NCBI GenBank assembly: GCA_030629295.1
Contig: DAOVPH010000001.1
Location: 1 to 26,276, forward strand
Source: Candidatus Latescibacterota bacterium
GTDB lineage: Bacteria > Latescibacterota > MVCY01
DNA length: 26,276 bases
Direction of reading: 5' to 3'
Shown here: one piece after another, positions 20,072 through 26,276 of the stretch
Layout of the letters: each line of letters begins with the position of its first letter
Position numbering within the stretch: position 1 is the stretch's first letter
Made by a program: the position numbers and the translations under genes
Notes under the pieces: generated by a model
Seen by the model: only the letters and a program-made list of their open reading frames with translations
Told to the model about the DNA's origin: nothing
Database searches by the model: none

Positions 20072-20719
20072 ATGGGGAAGAGTATGAATACAGCAATCAA
20101 GATCTTCACCCCGGAAGGACAAGAAGCGGGGACAGTGCAGTTACCTGGACAAATATTCGGTATCCAACCCCACCCGCATGCCCTCTGGATGGCAGTGAAA
20201 GGATATTTGGCCAATCGCAGGCAGGGTACTGCTTCTACGAAAGGGCGGTCTGATGTAAAAGCCAGTGGTCGTAAGCCCTGGCGGCAGAAAGGAACTGGAA
20301 GAGCCAGAGTAGGGACAGTTGCATCTCCGATCTGGGTGGGAGGCGGTGTGGCCTTTGGCCCCCATCCTCATCCTTATCATCTAAAAGTCACCAAAAAACT
20401 CAGGCGATTGGCCCTAAAGTCCGCTCTCTCTTTAAAGGCAAAACAGGGACAGATAATTGTGATTGAAGATCCCTCGCTTCCTGAACCGAAGACCAAGAAA
20501 ATCACCCAGTTACTTGGAGTGGTAGGAATTGAAGACGGTCAGAAGGTGTTATTCTTAACTGGGAGCAAATCTGCTGAACTTATTAAGTCTTGCCGCAACC
20601 TCCCGTACCTTAGACTGAAGTTAGCTAAAGATGTTTGTACTTATGACTTGCTGGATTCGAAGACCTTACTTCTGACTAAAAGCGGACTGGAAGAAATCAA
20701 GGGGGTACTGTTGGAATGA
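20072..20719 (+). CDS. rplD: 50S ribosomal protein L4
   Basis: RQGTASTKGRSDV, KPWRQKGTGRAR, GGGVAFGP; alternative ATG at 20084. Confidence 0.98.
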   Translation: MGKSMNTAIKIFTPEGQEAGTVQLPGQIFGIQPHPHALWMAVKGYLANRRQGTASTKGRSDVKASGRKPWRQKGTGRARVGTVASPIWVGGGVAFGPHPHPYHLKVTKKLRRLALKSALSLKAKQGQIIVIEDPSLPEPKTKKITQLLGVVGIEDGQKVLFLTGSKSAELIKSCRNLPYLRLKLAKDVCTYDLLDSKTLLLTKSGLEEIKGVLLE

Positions 20720-21006
20720 ACGAGGCCAGAAAACTCGTAATTCGTCCAGTGGTTACAGAAAAGGCGATGAAATTAAGGGACTTACAGAATAAATATGTCT
20801 TCGAAGTAGCCAAGAACGCTAATAAGATTGAAATAGGGAAAGCAATAGAGGAGATCTTTGGTGTAGGTGTTACCCAGGTACGGACTATTTCCATCCATGG
20901 GAAACCCAGACGATTTGGGAGATTTGAGGGAAGAAGACCAGACCGAAAGAAGGCTATAGTTACCCTTAAACAGGGAGATAGGATAGAGTTATTCGAGGAG
21001 GTATAA
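20716..21006 (+). CDS. rplW: 50S ribosomal protein L23
   Basis: [29 protein letters not shown]. Confidence 0.98.
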   Translation: MNEARKLVIRPVVTEKAMKLRDLQNKYVFEVAKNANKIEIGKAIEEIFGVGVTQVRTISIHGKPRRFGRFEGRRPDRKKAIVTLKQGDRIELFEEV

Positions 21007-21011
21007 TAAGA

Positions 21012-21839
21012 GTGCCAATTAAGAAATACAAACCAATCACTCCTGGACTTAGATTCAAGACAAGTCTGTCGTTTAAAGAACTGACAGGAACTGAGCCCGA
21101 GAAGTCGTTACTTGTGCCAGTGAAGAAATCGGGAGGAAGGAATAACTTAGGTAGAACTACTTTGAGGCACAGAGGGGGAGGACATAAGCGCCTACTGCGG
21201 ATTGTGGATTTCAAGAGGGATAAGAGAGAAATTCCTGCCCGGGTACGTTCTATTGAATACGACCCAAATCGATCGGCTTGGGTGGCTTTGTTGGTCTATG
21301 CCGACGGAGAGAAAAGGTATATTATTGCCCCCATAGGGTTGAAGGCTAATTATACGGTTATCTCAGGAGAAGACGTTGAAGCTAAGATAGGCAATGCTTT
21401 ACCCTTAAGGAGAATCCCTCTGGGCACAGTAATTCACTGTGTTGAGCTGATTCCGGGCAAGGGGGCACAATTGGCCCGGGGAGCAGGTACATCGATACGC
21501 CTGATGGCGAAAGAGGGGAACTATGCCCAGGTGAGATTGCCCTCTGGGGAAGTGCGGGCAGTAAGTCTGGATTGCTATGCCACTGTGGGGCAGGTTGGCA
21601 ATGCAGAACATGGGAATATTCAATTGGGCAAAGCTGGCAGAACCAGATGGTTAGGGAAGAGGCCAAAGACCAGAGGTGTGGCAATGAACCCCGTTGATCA
21701 TCCTATGGGAGGAGGAGAGGGCAAAAGCTCTGGTGGCCGGCATCCATGCACTCCCTGGGGTAAACCCACCAAGGGGTATAAGACGAGAAAGAAAGGGAAA
21801 TCATCCGATAAACTGATAGTTCAGAGAAGAGGACAATAA
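21012..21839 (+). CDS. rplB: 50S ribosomal protein L2
   Basis: [42 protein letters not shown]; GTG start. Confidence 0.99.
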   Translation: MPIKKYKPITPGLRFKTSLSFKELTGTEPEKSLLVPVKKSGGRNNLGRTTLRHRGGGHKRLLRIVDFKRDKREIPARVRSIEYDPNRSAWVALLVYADGEKRYIIAPIGLKANYTVISGEDVEAKIGNALPLRRIPLGTVIHCVELIPGKGAQLARGAGTSIRLMAKEGNYAQVRLPSGEVRAVSLDCYATVGQVGNAEHGNIQLGKAGRTRWLGKRPKTRGVAMNPVDHPMGGGEGKSSGGRHPCTPWGKPTKGYKTRKKGKSSDKLIVQRRGQ

Positions 21840-21842
21840 CAG

Positions 21843-22136
21843 ATGGCACGCTCTATTAAGAAGGGTCCTTATCTTGACCCCAAGCTTCTTAAGAAGATTC
21901 GCAAATCAAGTGAGACGGGTGAGAAGAAGGTTATCAAAACTTGGGCCAGGCGTTCGACGATTTCGCCGGAATTCGTAGGATACACTCTGGCGGTACATAA
22001 TGGGAATAAGTTCATTCCGGTCTATATCACTGAGAATATGGTGGGCCATAAATTGGGCGAATTCTCCCCCACCCGCACCTTTCGCAGTCACGGAGGCAGA
22101 ATGGCCGACCGGACAGCGGCAAGCAAGAAGAGATAA
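21843..22136 (+). CDS. rpsS: 30S ribosomal protein S19
   Basis: [36 protein letters not shown]; complete, with stop. Confidence 0.99.
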   Translation: MARSIKKGPYLDPKLLKKIRKSSETGEKKVIKTWARRSTISPEFVGYTLAVHNGNKFIPVYITENMVGHKLGEFSPTRTFRSHGGRMADRTAASKKR

Positions 22137-22183
22137 CCTGCTCCTTCAACGCATTGGGTAAATTTGTGTAAGGAGATTTCTAA

Positions 22184-23002
22184 ATGAGTTTGGGTATATT
22201 TGCACTCAAAGGAAAAAAAGCGGTGGTTATCGGCGGAGCAGGTGTGCTGGGTTCGGTGATCGCCAAAGGGTTGGGGAAGGCAGGTGCTCAGATCGCCATC
22301 TGCGATATCAAAGACACTGTGGAGGTAGTGGAGGAACTCTTGAATGAGCAGATAGAAGCTAAAGGTTATCACACAGATGTGCTGGACCCCGAACAGATAA
22401 AATTCTGCCACGACCAGGTGATGAAGGATTTTGGCCAGGTGGACATACTGCTCAACGCTGCCGGCGGAAATGTTAAGGGGGCAACAACATCTGCTGAGAT
22501 GAACTTCTTTGACTTGCCTTTCGAGGGATTAGAAAAAGTTATAGCCCTGAATCTCTTCGGAGGGGCTATCTTCCCCTCTCAAGTGTTTGGAGAAACTATG
22601 GTGAAGAACGAAGAAGGCGGTTCGATCATTAACATATCCTCTATGAACGCCTTCCGCCCCCTGACCAGAATACCGGGGTATTCGGCCGCCAAAGCAGCGG
22701 TGAGCAACTTCACTCAGTGGCTGGCTGTCCATTTCGCCCAAGAATATAACAAGAAAATAAGAGTAAATGCCATTGCTCCGGGATTTTTTCTCACCGAGCA
22801 AAACCGGTATCTTCTTTTAGATGAGAACGAAAAATTAACCGCCAGGGGGGAGACGATCATTACCCATACTCCCCTGGGAAGGTTTGGCGATCCGGAAGAG
22901 CTCATCGGTGCTTGTGTTTGGCTTGCTTCCGATGCCAGTCGGTTTGTCACTGGAACAGTCATCCCCATTGACGGAGGATTTAATGCCTTTTCGGGAGTGT
23001 AA
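22184..23002 (+). CDS. Classical SDR oxidoreductase, D-mannonate oxidoreductase (B. subtilis UxuB/YjmF)-like; substrate uncertain
   Basis: GGAGVLG Rossmann motif, LLNAAGGN, catalytic S..YSAAK, PLTRIP.YS, NFTQWLAVHFA, TPLGRFG; RBS AAGGAG 22170-22175. Confidence 0.8.
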   Translation: MSLGIFALKGKKAVVIGGAGVLGSVIAKGLGKAGAQIAICDIKDTVEVVEELLNEQIEAKGYHTDVLDPEQIKFCHDQVMKDFGQVDILLNAAGGNVKGATTSAEMNFFDLPFEGLEKVIALNLFGGAIFPSQVFGETMVKNEEGGSIINISSMNAFRPLTRIPGYSAAKAAVSNFTQWLAVHFAQEYNKKIRVNAIAPGFFLTEQNRYLLLDENEKLTARGETIITHTPLGRFGDPEELIGACVWLASDASRFVTGTVIPIDGGFNAFSGV

Positions 23003-23035
23003 GCAGACTTGGGAAGGACGACTGAGGGATAAGAT

Positions 23036-24526
23036 ATGGAAAAAGCAGATATAGGACTTATTGGGATGGAAGTTATGGGGAGGAGTTTAGCCCTGAACAT
23101 GGAAAGCAAGGGTTACTGCGTGGCTGTTTTTAACAGGACAGCTTCCAAAACCCAGGCCTTTGCAGAAGGGCCAGCTAAGGGGAGAAATATCTTTCCCACT
23201 TATAGCATGGAAGATTTAGTCAGTATATTGAAGCGACCTAAGAGGGTAATGCTTATGGTGAAAGAAGGGGCTCCGGTGGATGCCTTTATTGAAAAGCTCC
23301 TCCCCTTGTTAGACAAGGGCGATTTGATAATTGATGGTGGAAATTCCTATTTTAAAGATACGATGAGGCGAAACACTGAGCTTTCTGAAAAAGGGTTTCT
23401 GTACATTGGCACAGGCGTTTCCGGAGGAGAAGAGGGGGCATTGAAGGGGCCAGCAATTATGCCCGGGGGACAGTTAGAGGCCTATGCACTGGTGGAAAAG
23501 CTGTTCAAGGATATTGCTGCCAAATCCGAAGATGGGATTCCTTGTGTCTCTTATATCGGTCCCCACGGCGCTGGACATTTCGTAAAAATGACCCATAATG
23601 GGATTGAATACGGCGATATGCAACTGATTGGCGAAACCGTTTGGACCCTTAAAAATGCTTCTAATATGAATTCAGAACAGATCGCCGACATTATGGCTAA
23701 GTGGAACGGACAGAATGATGTACTTCGTTCTTACCTCATTGAGATTACAGCGGATGGTATGCGAGAAAAAGATAGGCAGACAGATGAATACCTGGTAGAC
23801 AGAACCGCCGATATCACCAGAATGAAGGGAACGGGAACCTGGACGGTACAAAGCGCCTTGGAGTTATTAGTCCCGGTCCCCACCATTGCGGCGGCTGTTT
23901 TCTCTCGGGAGATGTCTCAAGATAAAGAGTTGCGGCTGGAGATGAGCGAAGATTTGAATCTCGGGAAGGCAAGGGAGAAAATGGAGAAGACCGATCTTGT
24001 CCAGATCGCTCACGATGCCTTATATGTGGCTAAAATTGCCTCTTATGCCCAGGGCTTAAGTTTATTGAAGGCGGCTTCAGAACACTATGGCTTTAACCTA
24101 AATATAGGGAAAATCACCCGAGGATGGCGAGGTGGTTGCATAATCAGGGCCCAGTTCTTAGATGAAATTACCCAGGCTTACGAGGAGAATTCTCAGATAC
24201 CGAATCTGTTGGCTGCTCCCAGGTTCGCCAAGACTGTCAAGGAAAATATGGATAACCTGGTGCGGTTTATTCATATAGCTCACAGTGCAGGAGTGCCTGC
24301 TTTGGCTATGGATAGCGCCTATGACTATATCCTTCAACTGGTTACTCCTTTAATGGTTTCTGCCCAGGTGGCGGCATTACAGAGAGACTACTTTGGCGCT
24401 CACGGTTACTTTAAGACAAGAGGTGCAGAAGACCCCAGAATTATGACCACCGATGCGGGTAAGATAAGAGAATTTCATACAGAGTGGATGTTGGCCGATC
24501 GTCCCGAAAGGGAGATAACGAAATAA
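23036..24526 (+). CDS. gnd: 6-phosphogluconate dehydrogenase, decarboxylating, long-chain type
   Basis: FNRT, IIDGGNS, GVSGGEEGALKGP, HFVKMTHNGIEYGDMQ (catalytic K and E), KGTG, GCIIRA, QRDYFGAH. Confidence 0.92.
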   Translation: MEKADIGLIGMEVMGRSLALNMESKGYCVAVFNRTASKTQAFAEGPAKGRNIFPTYSMEDLVSILKRPKRVMLMVKEGAPVDAFIEKLLPLLDKGDLIIDGGNSYFKDTMRRNTELSEKGFLYIGTGVSGGEEGALKGPAIMPGGQLEAYALVEKLFKDIAAKSEDGIPCVSYIGPHGAGHFVKMTHNGIEYGDMQLIGETVWTLKNASNMNSEQIADIMAKWNGQNDVLRSYLIEITADGMREKDRQTDEYLVDRTADITRMKGTGTWTVQSALELLVPVPTIAAAVFSREMSQDKELRLEMSEDLNLGKAREKMEKTDLVQIAHDALYVAKIASYAQGLSLLKAASEHYGFNLNIGKITRGWRGGCIIRAQFLDEITQAYEENSQIPNLLAAPRFAKTVKENMDNLVRFIHIAHSAGVPALAMDSAYDYILQLVTPLMVSAQVAALQRDYFGAHGYFKTRGAEDPRIMTTDAGKIREFHTEWMLADRPEREITK

Positions 24527-24535
24527 TTAGTATTT

Positions 24536-24608
24536 GTAGGTTGGGTTGAGGGACGAAACCCAACAATGCGTCGGTATTCTCTGCGGTCAGATTTTTAACA
24601 ATACCGAC
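24536..24608. repeat. GTAG-type REP hairpin plus a second inverted repeat
   Basis: GTAG-GTTGGGTT(9-nt loop)AACCCAAC at 24536-24564; GTCGGTATT (24570-24578) / AATACCGAC (24600-24608). Confidence 0.7.
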
Positions 24609-24632
24609 AACAATGACAGGGAGAGAGTTTGG

Positions 24633-25949
24633 ATGAAGAGAAATGCAGTTATCGCCCAGTCAGGAGGGCCGACCGCGGTGATAAACAACGGCCTGCGGGG
24701 AGCGATCGATCAGTTGGTTGCTTCCAACAAAGTGGGTAAGATATACGGGGCCAGGATGGGGATACTTGGTGTTCTCCGAGAGGAGTTGGTAGATATCTCC
24801 ACTCAGTCTCCCCAGCAAATAGCACTGTTGGAGAGGACTCCCTCGGCAGGAACTATCGGTAGTTGCAGATACAAGATAAGAAATGACGAAGACTTAAATA
24901 GGATTGTGGAAGTATTCAAGGCCCACGACATCGGTTATTTCTTCTACTGCGGCGGCGGCGATTCAATGGATACGGCTCACAAAATAAATATATTGGCCAA
25001 AGAGAACGACCTGGAGCTAATCTGCACCGGGATTCCCAAAACGATTGACAACGATGTGGGCGGTCCTCTACAAGAAAATGGCACGTTTGCCATTTGCGAC
25101 CACAATCCGGGTTACGGAAGCACAGCCCGAAGTACGGCTATCAACATTCTGGAAGCAAACCAGGAGAATAAAGCAAGTTATACCAGCGACCCTGTGCTGG
25201 TGGTTGGGGTAATGGGGAGGAAGATCGGCTTTATCCCGGCAGCGGCCAGACTTGTAGACCCAGAAAGAAGAATGCCTCTGGTCATAATTCTGAGCGAAGC
25301 TTTGTCTAAGGACGATTATGCAGGAAACTTAGAGTTCATAACTAAGAGGGTGAACGAGAGAATAGAAGAATTCGGAAGATGCATCGTGGTGATCGGCGAA
25401 GGGGTCTCGATGGGAGATCTGGGGATCTTACGGGACAGCTTTGGGAACGCAGAGTTCAGCGCTGCTGAAAAGACGGTCGAGCAGGTGGTCACAAACTACC
25501 TCAACGGGATGGATAGAAAAGACGCCCAGGGCAGAGCGCAGAGCAGGCTGACAGTCCGGGGGATAGCCAGATCAGAGAGGCCGGGCACCCGGCAGAGGCG
25601 GGAGATTGCCTACGCCTCCGAAACAGACCTGAAAGAGGCTTACCAGGTGGGGGCGTATGCAGTGAAGCTCGCCTTAGCTGGCGAGGGGGGATTTATGGTT
25701 ACCATAATAAGAGAACCCGGCAGTGCTTACAGGGTTAGATATGACAAGGTGCCTTTGAATACAGTGGCTAACTCAGAGAGAGAATTCCCCAGACAGTGGA
25801 TTACCCCGGACAAAGTGGATGTAACCGACGGTTTCGTGAACTGGGCGCTGCCCTTAATCGGCGACGCACTTCCTCGATTCACAGAATTCAGAGAGATACT
25901 CGCTCCTCGAAAGTGCAGGGAATATGTGCCTTGGGGATACAGGAGCTAA
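24633..25949 (+). CDS. PfkA-family 6-phosphofructokinase, probably pyrophosphate-dependent
   Basis: AQSGGPTAVIN, GSCRYK, GGGDSMD (Asp at the donor-specificity position), IPKTIDND, MGRK. ATG 24633 gives the family-like N-terminus MKRNAVIAQSGG. Confidence 0.88.
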   Translation: MKRNAVIAQSGGPTAVINNGLRGAIDQLVASNKVGKIYGARMGILGVLREELVDISTQSPQQIALLERTPSAGTIGSCRYKIRNDEDLNRIVEVFKAHDIGYFFYCGGGDSMDTAHKINILAKENDLELICTGIPKTIDNDVGGPLQENGTFAICDHNPGYGSTARSTAINILEANQENKASYTSDPVLVVGVMGRKIGFIPAAARLVDPERRMPLVIILSEALSKDDYAGNLEFITKRVNERIEEFGRCIVVIGEGVSMGDLGILRDSFGNAEFSAAEKTVEQVVTNYLNGMDRKDAQGRAQSRLTVRGIARSERPGTRQRREIAYASETDLKEAYQVGAYAVKLALAGEGGFMVTIIREPGSAYRVRYDKVPLNTVANSEREFPRQWITPDKVDVTDGFVNWALPLIGDALPRFTEFREILAPRKCREYVPWGYRS

Positions 25950-25988
25950 ATTTCGGACCGATAAACGTCAGAAGAAAAGGACATAGGA

Positions 25989-26276
25989 ATGGTTCTATCC
26001 AGATTGACCGAGGAACAGATAAGAAAAGATCCAGAGAGGCAGCTGAAAGAGTTTAAGCGGGGGAAAGATTTTTTGGTGGCCATCGATACCGATGGTTGTA
26101 TAACCGACAATATGAACGGAAAGCAGATGCTCATATTTCACCCCCAGTATATGGAATTCTATGGACTTTGGGATATCGAGTCCTACTTCCGCGAGGTAGC
26201 CGAATATTACAATCTATTTTCTGTAGACAGAGGCTGCAACCGTTTTATCGCGGTGCAACTGACTCTCACTGCCCTC
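25989..26276 (+). CDS. HAD-superfamily hydrolase, 3'-truncated; absent from the ORF track
   Basis: My translation: MVLSRLTEEQIRKDPERQLKEFKRGKDFLVAIDTDGCITDNMNGKQMLIFHPQYMEF..., with HAD motif I DxDG; frame stays open to the window end. Confidence 0.75.
   Translation, partial: MVLSRLTEEQIRKDPERQLKEFKRGKDFLVAIDTDGCITDNMNGKQMLIFHPQYMEFYGLWDIESYFREVAEYYNLFSVDRGCNRFIAVQLTLTAL

Overview
All real genes lie on the + strand. Positions 1-22136 are the core translation/transcription region of a bacterium: ispF (partial), ddl, cysS, a sigma70-type promoter, tRNA-Thr/Tyr/Gly/Thr, tuf, rpmG, tRNA-Trp, secE, nusG, rplKAJL, rpoBC, rpsL, rpsG, fusA, rpsJ, rplCDWB and rpsS. The S10 operon then stops after rpsS (no rplV/rpsC). 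It is followed 47 bp later by a sugar-metabolism cluster: UxuB-like SDR, gnd, PPi-type phosphofructokinase and a partial HAD hydrolase. Gene order and RNAP insert pattern suggest a deep-branching, possibly FCB-affiliated lineage (inference, low confidence). The non-routine signal is mostly intergenic: a 164-bp MITE-like element with TIRs and a 4-bp target duplication that carries GTAG-REP hairpins inside the tRNA cluster, a second partial copy between rpsG and fusA, an octamer-repeat foldback element with a 9-bp direct repeat between nusG and rplK, and four distinct GTAG-REP families. Several normally near-invariant protein motifs are also altered (CysRS KMSKS, EF-Tu switch I/II, RpoB fork loop 2 and Rif cluster II, S12 loop, Gnd Rossmann motif). 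No transposase, CRISPR array or defence system is present. I do not see a clearly new protein-coding system; the best novelty candidates are the composite MITE/REP elements and the operon break with its sugar cluster. All calls come from reading the sequence, with no database searches.
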